Part shown: one piece after another, positions 18,654 to 32,186 of the stretch | Numbering within the stretch: position 1 is the stretch's first letter | Layout: every line of letters begins with the position of its first letter | From: an uncultured delta proteobacterium | GTDB taxonomy: Bacteria > Myxococcota_A > Polyangia > Haliangiales > Haliangiaceae | Direction of reading: 5' to 3' | DNA: 64,000 bases | Assembly (NCBI GenBank): GCA_963772655.1 | Contig: CAVYYE010000009.1 | Coordinates: 150,343 to 214,342 of the forward strand | Notes under the pieces: generated by a model | Told to the model about the DNA's origin: nothing | Databases searched by the model: none | What the model saw: the letters and a program-made list of their open reading frames with translations, nothing else | Made by a program: the position numbers and the translations under genes

Positions 18654-20426
18654 GTGGCACACGTGATCGGCCTGACCGGCGGTATCGCCTCGGGCAAGAG
18701 CACCGTGGCGCGGATGCTCGCCACCCGCGGTGCCGCGATCGTCGATGCCGACAAGCTCGCGCGCGAGGTCGTGGAGCCCGGTCAGCCGGCGCTCGCCGAG
18801 CTGGTGGCCCGGTTCGGCGCCGCGATCCTGACGCCCGACGGCACGCTCGATCGCAAGCGACTCGGCGCGATCGCGTTCTCGGATCCGGACGCACGGCGCG
18901 ACCTCAACCGGATCACGCACCCGCGGATCGCGGCGGCGAGCGCCACGGCGATCGCGACCCATGCAGACGCCGGCGCCAACGTGGTGTTCTACGAGGCCGC
19001 GCTGCTGGTCGAGAACCGCAGCCACGAGGCGATGGAGGCGCTGGTCGTCGTGGCCGCGTCGCCCGAGACCCAGATCGCGCGGATCGCCGACCGCGACGGG
19101 CTATCGCGCGAGGAAGCCGAGCAACGGATCGCCTCGCAGCTCCCGCTGTCCGACAAGGTCGATGTCGCGACCTGGGTGATCCACAACGACGGCGACCAGA
19201 CCGCGCTCGCCGCCGAGGTCGATCGCGTGGTCGCCGAGATCGAGCAGCAGTTCGGACCGATCCGGATACCGCGCCCGGCGCCGACCAAGCACCCGGCCCG
19301 CGCGAGCGGCGACGTCGCGCTGATCACCGGGTTCCCCGCGTTCACCGCCCGGCGAATGATCGCGAAGCTGCTCGCGAGCGAACCCGACACCCGGTTCTAC
19401 GTGCTCGCGCAGCCGCGGTTTGCCGACGCCGCCGACGAGCTGTTGCGCGGCCTCGAGGCCGGCGATCGCGCGGAGACGCTGGTCGGCGACATCTGCGACA
19501 TGGACCTCGGCCTGTCGAGCCGCGAGTACCGCGCGTTGTCGAAGGAGCTGACCTGGATCCATCACCTCGCCGGCATCTACTTCATGGGCATCGACGACGA
19601 CACCGCGCGGCAGGTCAACGTCGTCGGTACGCGCACGGTCCTCGATCTGGCGCGCGACACCGGCCGTCTCGAGCGAGTCGTCCACTGGTCGACCGCGATG
19701 GTGTCGGGTGATCGCCGAGGCACGTTCTACGAGGAGGACCTCGAGGCCGGCCAGAAGTTTCACAACGGCTACGAGCGCACCAAGTACGAGGCCGAACGGC
19801 TGGTCCGCACCGCGATGCGACAGCTACCGATCACCATACTGCGTCCGGGGATCATCGTCGGCGACAGCACCACCGGCGAGATCGACAAGCTCGACGGCCC
19901 CTACTACCTGATGGTGCTGATCGCGACCAATGCCTCGCGCCTGCGCTTGCCGCTGCTCGGCCGCGGCGACGTGCCGCTCCACCTGGTGCCGATCGACTAC
20001 GTGATCGATGCGGCATGGAAGATCGGCCGGCACGAGGCCGCCGCCGGCAAGACGTTCCACATCGTCGATCCCCAGCCGATGACCGCACGAGAGGTCTTCG
20101 AGCTGGTCGCCGAACACGCGCACACCGAGAAGCCCCGCGGGCACATCCCGCGGCCGCTCGCCCGCGCCGTGCTCAGGACACCGGGACTCGCCCGTCTCGG
20201 CCGTGGCCCGCTGGCGTTCGTCGACGTGCTCGATCACGTCGTTCATTACGACCAGACCAACACCGCGACCGTGCTCGCCGGCTCGCGGATCCGGTGCCCG
20301 TCGCTCGCCGACTACCTGCCGAACCTGGTGCGCTACGTCGTCGACGTCACGCGGCCGGTCGACAAGCGGGAAACCGCGCCGCGCGGCCCGTCGTCTCCCG
20401 ACGACGATCTCGATCCGCTGGCGTAG
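18654..20426 (+). CDS. coaE: Fusion protein: dephospho-CoA kinase (CoaE) N-terminal domain plus NAD(P)-binding extended SDR / epimerase-reductase-like C-terminal domain
   Basis: GTG start gives MAHVIGLTGGIASGKSTVARML (P-loop; CoaE family through about aa 200). It continues in the same frame with VALITGFPAFTARRMIAKLL (Rossmann GxxGxxG), ...YERTKYEAERLV (YxxxK), and VPIDYV. The upstream part of the listed ORF overlaps the cytochrome gene and is not coding. Confidence 0.8.
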   Translation: MAHVIGLTGGIASGKSTVARMLATRGAAIVDADKLAREVVEPGQPALAELVARFGAAILTPDGTLDRKRLGAIAFSDPDARRDLNRITHPRIAAASATAIATHADAGANVVFYEAALLVENRSHEAMEALVVVAASPETQIARIADRDGLSREEAEQRIASQLPLSDKVDVATWVIHNDGDQTALAAEVDRVVAEIEQQFGPIRIPRPAPTKHPARASGDVALITGFPAFTARRMIAKLLASEPDTRFYVLAQPRFADAADELLRGLEAGDRAETLVGDICDMDLGLSSREYRALSKELTWIHHLAGIYFMGIDDDTARQVNVVGTRTVLDLARDTGRLERVVHWSTAMVSGDRRGTFYEEDLEAGQKFHNGYERTKYEAERLVRTAMRQLPITILRPGIIVGDSTTGEIDKLDGPYYLMVLIATNASRLRLPLLGRGDVPLHLVPIDYVIDAAWKIGRHEAAAGKTFHIVDPQPMTAREVFELVAEHAHTEKPRGHIPRPLARAVLRTPGLARLGRGPLAFVDVLDHVVHYDQTNTATVLAGSRIRCPSLADYLPNLVRYVVDVTRPVDKRETAPRGPSSPDDDLDPLA

Positions 20427-20440
20427 CGCCGCCTAAGCGC

Positions 20441-21637
<1,197 letters not shown>

Positions 21638-21649
21638 AGGCCGAGGGTT

Positions 21650-23236
21650 CTAGCGCAGGATGCCGCGCAGGAACAGCTGGCACAGGTAGCGATAGGCCTC
21701 GATCTTCGGCATCCCGGACACGTCGAGGAGCTCGTCGAGGGTCAGCGTGCCGTCGACCCGCGACAGCAAGAACGCGGCGCGCGGGCTGATCGGTGCGTTC
21801 GCCAGCTCGTGCAGCGGACGCGCGAGTACCGGCTGGCGATCGAGGCTGCCGAGGAACGCCTGGAACACCGTCATCATGGTTTCGCGGTTGCGGTGGATCA
21901 GCTTCTGGCCGAGCGCGCTGTTGGGATCCTCGGCCATCGCGAGATCGATCGCCGCGACCGCGCGATCGAGCTCGCCGGCCTTGCCCCACTCCGCCGCCCG
22001 CTCGAACAGCGTCGTGATGCGGCGCCGGGTGCGATCCTCCAACTCCTCGTGGTCGGGGGCGCCCTCGTCGACGTCGTCGAGAATCTGCGCGCTGCGTACG
22101 CCGATCGGATCGAACGGCAGGTAGACATCGGCGCGCGTGCCATCACCGATCTCGCCGGAAACGGTTTCGGGCTCGGAACCCGGTGGGCGCAGCCCGAGAT
22201 CGCGCGTCGGAGCGCCCACCATGTCGGCGTAGGGCGAGCGCGGATTCGGCAGATCGCGCGTCGGCACTTCGCGCGAGTGCTCTGGTTTCTCCTGACGCGC
22301 GTTGGTCTTCTGGGACTCGAAGTCCTGGGTCGGCGCCGTGCCGTGTGAGGGATCGTCGATGGTCGGCGAGTCGATCGGCGGCGGACCACCGTTAGACGCC
22401 GCCGGTGGACGTAGCGACGGCGGCAGGTCCGCGGTGGCCGAGCGCGCCGCCCTCGACGGCGTCGGCGTCGGTAGCGAGCTCAGCAGATCGACATCCGGCG
22501 CGGGAGGCTCGACGTCGAGTGACAGCCTCTCGCCACCCGGCGCTTCACTCGGTGGCGGCGTCGGCGTCGGCGGCTCGCTCGGTGCGTCGCCCTCGCCCGA
22601 GATCTGCGGTGATAGCTCGATGTCGCCGAACGGATTGTCGCTGTCGTTCGCGTTGGCCGCCTCGGCCGGCGTGCGCAACGTCATCGACAGCTCCGGAGGC
22701 GACTTCGACGGAGCCCCGGTCGCGCGCACGAACCCGGTATCGCGTTCGCGCAGGTTGGTCGGCAGACTTCCGAATCCGCCCGCAGGGTCGACGCCAGGTG
22801 TGATCTCGATCTCCGCGAACTCGCTCGCGACCGGCGCGTGTGCGTCCGAGACGTCCTCGAGATCGAGCTGGAGCGCCTGCGAAGCCGGCGGCGGCTCGCT
22901 GGGCGGCTCGTCCTCGAGATCCCATCCGGCATCCACCCCCGGGGGGGGTTGGAGCTGCGGATCCGTCGCGTCTCCGTTGTCGGATGGAATCAGAACCTCG
23001 ATCTGGTAAGGCTCTTCGTCGAGCGCGAACGGCGCGTGTGCCTCGTCGTTGGCGACGTCGCCGGTGAGCATGTCGTAGTTCTGGCGCACGTAGTCGACGT
23101 AGCTCGATGCCTGGGCGTTCTCCGGGTCGGCTGACAACGCCTCCTCCCATGCCTCCAACGCACCATCAAGATCTCCTTGTCCATACAGCGTCAGTCCGTG
23201 CTCGATGAGGCGATCGATTTCGCCAGGCGCCACCAT
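21650..23236 (-). CDS. TPR-like N-terminus / long disordered Pro-Ser-Asp-rich linker / conserved C-terminal domain shared with the downstream J-protein
   Basis: N-terminal GQGDLDGALEAWEEALSADPENAQ (TPR-like). C-terminal PRAAFLLSRVDGTLTLDELLDVSGMP resembles the N-terminus of the J-domain protein (EEYFVLSRIDGSQTLRQILLSTGLS). Stop lies 4 nt from the dnaK-like start. Confidence 0.7.
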   Translation of the reverse strand: MVAPGEIDRLIEHGLTLYGQGDLDGALEAWEEALSADPENAQASSYVDYVRQNYDMLTGDVANDEAHAPFALDEEPYQIEVLIPSDNGDATDPQLQPPPGVDAGWDLEDEPPSEPPPASQALQLDLEDVSDAHAPVASEFAEIEITPGVDPAGGFGSLPTNLRERDTGFVRATGAPSKSPPELSMTLRTPAEAANANDSDNPFGDIELSPQISGEGDAPSEPPTPTPPPSEAPGGERLSLDVEPPAPDVDLLSSLPTPTPSRAARSATADLPPSLRPPAASNGGPPPIDSPTIDDPSHGTAPTQDFESQKTNARQEKPEHSREVPTRDLPNPRSPYADMVGAPTRDLGLRPPGSEPETVSGEIGDGTRADVYLPFDPIGVRSAQILDDVDEGAPDHEELEDRTRRRITTLFERAAEWGKAGELDRAVAAIDLAMAEDPNSALGQKLIHRNRETMMTVFQAFLGSLDRQPVLARPLHELANAPISPRAAFLLSRVDGTLTLDELLDVSGMPKIEAYRYLCQLFLRGILR

Positions 23237-23240
23237 GCCG

Positions 23241-25073
<1,833 letters not shown>

Positions 25074-25158
25074 GGCGGTCACATTTTCCCCTGAGATTGA
25101 GGGGGATAGCCAGCGAGACACCTGAATTTCGCCCTCGCGGCGATGGGCAACCGGGCGT

Positions 25159-26301
25159 TCACGACTGCGCGAGCAACCGGCGGACCTTCTCGAGGTCGTT
25201 CCGCAATTCCGCCATCAGGGTGTCGTTCTCGCTCTTCATCGCCATCGCCATCACCAGCACCTCCTCGGCATCGGTCAGCTTGCCAGCCGCCCGGAACGCG
25301 TCGGCCAACAGGCGGGCCGACGACGGGTCGTTGGGGGACATCCCGTTCGCCTTCTTCGCGTACTCGACCGCGCTGCGGGGCTGGTTGGCGGCGAGCGCAC
25401 AGCTCGCGGCGCGGCGGAGATAGCGGAGTTGCGCATCGACGCGCACCGCCGCGGCGAACAGCTTCATCGCCTGCAGCGCATCGCCCTGGACCTCGAGCTG
25501 GCAGGCCCGGTCGAACAGCTCCGAGGCATACGACTGCGGGGTCTGCGGCTCCTCGCTCTGGGCCCGCATCGAGTGGCTGGCCGCCGAGCTCGCCGCCTTG
25601 TTCTTCTTCGCCGTGTTGGTCAGCTGCCCGTACGCGCGGCTCACCGCTTCGAACGTCCGCGACATCCGCGCCCCGAAGCTGCCCAGCTCCTTGCCGTAGT
25701 AGCGATCCGGATGGATCTCCTTGGACAACAGGAAGTAGGCACGCTTGAGCTCTCGTGCGGTGGCGCTCGCCGACACGCCGAGAAGGGCGTGCAGATCCTG
25801 GCCGTCGACGAGCCGTTCGATCGCGAGGATCTTGCGACGGACCTTCTCGTCGAGCTCGTGCTTCTCCCCGAGCGCGACGAGCTCGTCGGCGGTCGTGTTG
25901 GGGAGCGTGAGGTCGTGACCGCGCTTGTTATCGACCGACGGGGTCGAGCTCGTGCCGGCCGCCCGCACGGGTTTCACCACCGGCGTACCGCGCGGTGCCG
26001 TCGAGGTGCGCGGTGGAACCGAGCTGCCGCGGGCCCGTGGCGCGGCCGGAGGGGCCGTCGTCTCGCCGGGCAACAGCACCGCCCCGAGCTCGCGGAGGCG
26101 CTGCACGATCGCGATGCTGTGCTCGAGCGAGAGGCCGGTCGACAGCAGGATCTGCCGGAGCGTCTGCGAGCCATCGATCCGCGACAGCACGAAGTACTCC
26201 TCGGGTTTGATCGGCGCATTGAGCGCGTCAAACCCGGGACTGACCCGAAGCTTCTGCTGGGTCGACCCGATTCCGGCGATCTCGGCCGGTACGGCACTCA
26301 C
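25159..26301 (-). CDS. J-domain (DnaJ-like) protein with an N-terminal domain shared with the TPR gene and C-terminal TPR repeats
   Basis: J-domain RELKRAYFLLSKEIHPDRYYG (HPD motif). C-terminal TPR-like helices (AMKLFAAAVRVDAQ...). N-terminal FVLSRIDGSQTL domain. Confidence 0.85.
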   Translation of the reverse strand: MSAVPAEIAGIGSTQQKLRVSPGFDALNAPIKPEEYFVLSRIDGSQTLRQILLSTGLSLEHSIAIVQRLRELGAVLLPGETTAPPAAPRARGSSVPPRTSTAPRGTPVVKPVRAAGTSSTPSVDNKRGHDLTLPNTTADELVALGEKHELDEKVRRKILAIERLVDGQDLHALLGVSASATARELKRAYFLLSKEIHPDRYYGKELGSFGARMSRTFEAVSRAYGQLTNTAKKNKAASSAASHSMRAQSEEPQTPQSYASELFDRACQLEVQGDALQAMKLFAAAVRVDAQLRYLRRAASCALAANQPRSAVEYAKKANGMSPNDPSSARLLADAFRAAGKLTDAEEVLVMAMAMKSENDTLMAELRNDLEKVRRLLAQS

Positions 26302-26348
26302 GTCGTCACCATATCACGGGAGCGTTTGCCCTCGTTTCTTCCAGCGCC

Positions 26349-27257
26349 TCACGCCATGACGTACTCGAGCAGTGCCTTCGCGATCGGAAGCCGGTTCCCT
26401 GCCTGGATCCATGCCAACGAACGTGGCCCGTCGAGCACCTCGCCGGTGATCTCCTCTCCTCGGTGCGCTGGAAGACAGTGCAACACGACCGCGTCCTTGG
26501 CTGCCCGATCGAGGAGGTCGTCATCGATCCGGTAGCCCGCAAACGCCTCGTGGCGGCGCGCCGCCTCGTCCTCCTGCCCCATCGACGCCCAGACGTCGGT
26601 CGACAACACGTGCGCCCCCGCCGCGGCGACCTCCAAATCGGTGGTCAGCTCGATCGACCCGCCCGTGGTCTTCTGGCGTGCCCGTGCCTCCGCGACGATA
26701 GTTTCGTCCGGCACGTAACCTTCGGGACACGCGATCACGAGCTCGAGCCCGAACAGACCGGCGGCCTCGATCCACGAGTTGGCCATGTTGTTGCCATCGC
26801 CGATCCACGCGTACCGGAGCTTGTCGATCCGACCGAAGTGCTGGCGCACGGTGAACAGATCGGTCGCGATCTGACACGGGTGGTGCAGATCGGTGAGCGC
26901 GTTGATCACCGGGACGCTCGACCACTTCGCGAACTCCTCGAGCCGGTCCTGCCCGAACGTGCGCACGACGATCGCCTGGCAGTACGAGGCGAGCACGCGG
27001 GCGGTGTCCTTGGCGGGCTCGCCGCGTCCGAGCTGGCTCCCGGCGGTTCCGATCACCACCGCGTGACCACCGAGCTCGAACACACCGACCTCGAACGACA
27101 CGCGGGTACGCGTCGAGGCCTTCTCCATCACCACCGCGACCGACTTGCTGGCGAGCGAGGTCGCGCATCGTTTCTCGACGAGGGCAGCGGCACGATCGAA
27201 CACGGCCGGCCACGCCTCGATCGGAACGTCGGCCATCGTCAAGAAGTGCTTCGGCAT
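26349..27257 (-). CDS. argF: Ornithine carbamoyltransferase
   Basis: MPKHFLTMADV..., STRTR carbamoyl-phosphate motif, HCLPAHRGEE. The ATG at 27257 overlaps the argD stop by 1 nt (TGATG). Confidence 0.9.
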   Translation of the reverse strand: MPKHFLTMADVPIEAWPAVFDRAAALVEKRCATSLASKSVAVVMEKASTRTRVSFEVGVFELGGHAVVIGTAGSQLGRGEPAKDTARVLASYCQAIVVRTFGQDRLEEFAKWSSVPVINALTDLHHPCQIATDLFTVRQHFGRIDKLRYAWIGDGNNMANSWIEAAGLFGLELVIACPEGYVPDETIVAEARARQKTTGGSIELTTDLEVAAAGAHVLSTDVWASMGQEDEAARRHEAFAGYRIDDDLLDRAAKDAVVLHCLPAHRGEEITGEVLDGPRSLAWIQAGNRLPIAKALLEYVMA

Positions 27258-28501
27258 CACGCGGCTCCCGTGCTCGGCGTCTCGCGGCCTTCGCCGAGCA
27301 CGTCGCGCAGGATCCCGACGGCCTCGTCGAGCTGGGCCCGCTCGACGATGTACGGCGGCGCGAACCGCACCACCTTGCCGCCGGCGACCGAGAGGAGCAG
27401 GCCCTTCTCGCGGCACTTCCCCACGATCTGTCCCGCCCGGCCGTCACCGGCGACCGCGATGCCACGGAGCAGACCGCGACCGCGGGTCTCGATCACCTGG
27501 CCGGGGAACTCGGTGACCAGCTCGCCGAGCACGCCGCCGAGGTACTTGCCCGACTCGACGACCTTCGCGAGCAGCCCCTCGGCCTCGATGATGTCGAACA
27601 CCGCGTTGGCCGCCGCGCACGCCAGCGGGTTGCCGCCGAACGTCGACGCGTGCGGGACCACTCCGCTCGCCGCCAACCCGAGCGCCGCCTTGTCGCTGCA
27701 CGCGATCGCGCCAATCGGCACGCCACCACCGAGTCCCTTCGCGAGCGACATCACGTCGGGCGCGACGTCGTCGTGCTGGTGGCCGAACCACGTGCCGGTG
27801 CGGCCCATGCCGGTCTGGACCTCGTCGAAGATCAGGATCGTGCCGGTCTCGGTGCACAGCGTGCGAAGCCCGGCGAGGTAGCCCGGCGGCGCCACCACGA
27901 TGCCGCCTTCGGCCTGGATCGGCTCGACGATCAGCGCGCAGGCCCCGCGATCCTCGAGCAGCTTGGTCGCCGCATCGAGATCACCGTAGGGAACGAACTC
28001 GACCGGACCGAACAGCGGACCGAAATCCTGCCGGTACTTCTCCTGCCCGGTGATCGATACCGTTCCGATCGAGCGACCGTGGAAGCTGCCGAGCGTCGAT
28101 ACGATCGTCGTGCGGTGCGGCGCCTCGGCGACCACCGACTGGTAGCGGCGTGCGAGCTTGAGCGCGGCCTCGTTGGCCTCCGCGCCGGAGTTGCAGAAGA
28201 ACACGCGGTCGGCGAACGACCGATCGACGATCGCCTTCGCCGCGAGGATCTGTTGCTCGTTCCAGTACAGGTTCGAGACGTGGACGAGCCGGGCCAGCTG
28301 CTCGGTGACGCGCGAGGTGAACCGCGCGTGCGCATGGCCGAGACCGCACACGGCGATCCCGGCGGTCAGGTCGAGGTACCGAGTCCCGTTGACGTCCCAC
28401 ACCTCGCAGCCGTGACCGCGCTCGAGCACGATCGGCTGCTGGCGGTAGTTCTTGACGAATACCTGGTCGGCGATGGCGAGGAGTTCCGCTTGCCTGGTCA
28501 C
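27257..28501 (-). CDS. argD: Acetylornithine aminotransferase (class III PLP aminotransferase)
   Basis: Class III fold motifs (GHGCEVWDVNG, LIFDEVQTGMGRTG, KGLGGGVPIGA). GTG start at 28501; the N-terminal extension of the ORF is low-complexity. Confidence 0.9.
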   Translation of the reverse strand: MTRQAELLAIADQVFVKNYRQQPIVLERGHGCEVWDVNGTRYLDLTAGIAVCGLGHAHARFTSRVTEQLARLVHVSNLYWNEQQILAAKAIVDRSFADRVFFCNSGAEANEAALKLARRYQSVVAEAPHRTTIVSTLGSFHGRSIGTVSITGQEKYRQDFGPLFGPVEFVPYGDLDAATKLLEDRGACALIVEPIQAEGGIVVAPPGYLAGLRTLCTETGTILIFDEVQTGMGRTGTWFGHQHDDVAPDVMSLAKGLGGGVPIGAIACSDKAALGLAASGVVPHASTFGGNPLACAAANAVFDIIEAEGLLAKVVESGKYLGGVLGELVTEFPGQVIETRGRGLLRGIAVAGDGRAGQIVGKCREKGLLLSVAGGKVVRFAPPYIVERAQLDEAVGILRDVLGEGRETPSTGAA

Positions 28502-28568
28502 GAAACGGGTGTACCAGAAAATTCCGCGAGCAACCCCTCGCAGACTCGGGACATGCTCGCTCGCTCCG

Positions 28569-29036
28569 CTATCCCGCGACCTGGGTCCACATCGCCGACT
28601 GATCACCCTCGTAGACGAGGTCCCCGTCCTGCTCGAACCGGAACTCGTAGCGCGCCAGGATCGAGCCCATGATCCGGCGGACCGAGGTCGCCTTGCAGAC
28701 CAGCGTCATCGGCGGTCCGATCTTCCCCATCCGGCGAAACCGCGCCTTGTGGATGTGCGTGCCGTAGCCGATCCACCCCTCGGCGTGTCGCAGCTCGAGC
28801 AGGAAGTACGCGTGCGCGAAGCCGACGATGCCGGTGGCGTGGATCATCAGCGCGCCCGAGACGTGGTGCGGATGTCGCTCGGGGTGTGCGCGCTGTTCGC
28901 GCGTCAGCGGGAAGTCGGCGCGCGTCGGCATGGACGCCACCAGCGTGTTGGTCTCGCGATCGATCGACACGATGTCATCGATCAACAGGCCTCCAGGGCC
29001 ATATGGACAGTCGGCGACGAACTCGGGTGGCAGCAT
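28569..29036 (-). CDS. Hotdog-fold (FabA/FabZ/MaoC-like) dehydratase / thioesterase-family protein, 155 aa
   Basis: ATG at 29036 right after the hslU stop. Core DFPLTREQRAHPERHPHHVSGALMIHATGIVGF and a central-helix glycine pattern typical of the hotdog fold. The upstream part of the ORF overlaps hslU and is rejected. Confidence 0.55.
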   Translation of the reverse strand: MLPPEFVADCPYGPGGLLIDDIVSIDRETNTLVASMPTRADFPLTREQRAHPERHPHHVSGALMIHATGIVGFAHAYFLLELRHAEGWIGYGTHIHKARFRRMGKIGPPMTLVCKATSVRRIMGSILARYEFRFEQDGDLVYEGDQSAMWTQVAG

Positions 29037-29044
29037 GGGATCGA

Positions 29045-30402
<1,358 letters not shown>

Positions 30403-30406
<4 letters not shown>

Positions 30407-30948
30407 GACAGCTCCTCGATCGTCAACGACGTGTTGGTGTAGATGCAGATCTCGGCGGCGATCGACATCGCGTGCTCGGCGATCGCGCGTGCCGACAGCT
30501 CGGTGTTGCGCACGAGCGCGCGCGCCGCGGCCAGCGCGTAGCTGCCGCCCGATCCGATCGCGCATACCCCGTCGTCGGGCTCGATCACGTCGCCCGAGCC
30601 CGACAGGATGAACGTGGCCTCGCCATCGGCCACCACCAGCATCGCCTCGAGCCGGCGCAGGGCGCGATCGGTGCGCCACTCCTTGGCGAGCTCGACCGCG
30701 GCGCGACGCAGCGGGCTGCGCTGCTCGCGGAGCTTGCCATCGAGCCGCTCGAACAGCGCGATGCCATCGGCGGCCGAGCCGGCGAATCCGCCGATCACGC
30801 GCCCGCCATCACCGAGCCGCCGAACCTTGCGGGCCCCACCCTTGACCACCGTGTTGCCGAGCGTGACCTGGCCGTCGCCCGCGATCACCACCGTGTCGTT
30901 GCGGCGGACCGACAGGATGGTCGTGCCGTGGATGTCCTGCTTCACCAC
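30403..30948 (-). CDS. hslV: ATP-dependent protease proteolytic subunit HslV
   Basis: [39 protein letters not shown] (N-terminal Thr nucleophile after Met removal), 181 aa. Confidence 0.95.
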
Positions 30949-31014
30949 CGATCCTCTAGCACGGTCTTCGGGGCGATGACGGCGCCGTGGCGAAGGTCCG
31001 TCGAGCGAATTCGA

Positions 31015-31524
31015 TCAGTGCAGGCAACGCGCGTAGGCCGGGTCGACCGCGATCAGCGATCGCTCGATGTCCTTCGGGAGCCGCCTGCCCGCCGCCCGCG
31101 CGGCCGGACAATCGCCCCGCTTCGCCGCGAAGCTCGCCTGCAACGCGAACTGGCGCTGGGACGGATCGGTGTACGTGATGTCGGCCGCGGGCAGATGGAC
31201 GACGGGTGGTGGGGGGCCGGGACGCGGTGGCGGCTGCATGGCAGCGATCCGCGCCTCGGCCTGCTGTTCGTTGCTCCGCTTGTGGATCCCGACCAACAGC
31301 GTGGTGACACCGACCAGGGCGATCAAGACCCCCAGCGTTTGCGTCTCGCCCTTGTCGACGCAAAACACTTCGCACGTCGATGGTGCCTCCGTGGCCGACG
31401 CGACGGTGATCAGGCCGACGCCTGCGGTGAGGCCGCCGACCACGATCGTCGGCCCGGAGCTGGCGCACCCGGCGACGAGGAACGCGATCGTGATCGTGGC
31501 GACCAGAGATCGAATCGCTTGCAT
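31015..31524 (-). CDS. Lipoprotein, paralog A, with a conserved Cys-containing C-terminal module
   Basis: MQAIRSLVATITIAFLVAGCAS lipobox. C-terminal ...TDPSQRQFALQASFAAKRGDCPAARAAGRRLPKDIERSLIAVDPAYARCLH is nearly identical to the C-terminus of the next gene. Confidence 0.6.
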   Translation of the reverse strand: MQAIRSLVATITIAFLVAGCASSGPTIVVGGLTAGVGLITVASATEAPSTCEVFCVDKGETQTLGVLIALVGVTTLLVGIHKRSNEQQAEARIAAMQPPPRPGPPPPVVHLPAADITYTDPSQRQFALQASFAAKRGDCPAARAAGRRLPKDIERSLIAVDPAYARCLH

Positions 31525-31564
31525 GGCTCGTTCATTGTAGGTCACGACCATCGAGGTGGGGCTG

Positions 31565-32113
31565 TCAGTGCAGGCATCGCGCGTAGGCTTCGTCGACCGA
31601 GATCAACGATTGCTCGATGTCGATCGGCAATCGGTCGCCGGCCACGCGCGCCGCTGCGCAATCGCCGCGCATCGCTGCGGCGCTCGCCTGAAACGCGAAC
31701 TGGCGCTGTGACGGATCGGTGTACCCGAGCGTGGCGGCCGGCAGCGGCTTCAATACGACCGGCGGTAGCGACCGCGGGGTCAGGGACGGCGGGGTCGTCG
31801 TGGCCACCGGCAACGGTGCTGGTGGCGCCTTGGCCGCGAGCTGTGCCTGCGCGGTCTCGCGCTTGTCGACGTCGTGATCCTGGCCGAGACCGATCAGCGT
31901 CATGATCACTCCGGTCGTCACCACGAGGAGAGCGGCATTGGTCTCGTCCTGCTGGTCGAACGGGCAGAAGTCCGAATCGCACTGGCTCGACGACGAGCCG
32001 ACCAGCGCGACCAGGCCGATCGTGGTGGTGATGCCTCCGGCGACCATCGTGGTCTTCGGAGAGCCGCACGCGGCCAGCGTACCCGCGAGTGCCGTGAACG
32101 CCAGGACGCGCAT
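31565..32113 (-). CDS. Lipoprotein, paralog B, with the same conserved C-terminal module
   Basis: MRVLAFTALAGTLAACGS lipobox. C-terminal ...TDPSQRQFAFQASAAAMRGDCAAARVAGDRLPIDIEQSLISVDEAYARCLH. Confidence 0.6.
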   Translation of the reverse strand: MRVLAFTALAGTLAACGSPKTTMVAGGITTTIGLVALVGSSSSQCDSDFCPFDQQDETNAALLVVTTGVIMTLIGLGQDHDVDKRETAQAQLAAKAPPAPLPVATTTPPSLTPRSLPPVVLKPLPAATLGYTDPSQRQFAFQASAAAMRGDCAAARVAGDRLPIDIEQSLISVDEAYARCLH

Positions 32114-32186
32114 GTGACATCCACCGTACGTCGCGGCGAGGGGTTCGGCAGTCTGGAAAACCCGGCAGCCACCAGCAGCGATCGGA

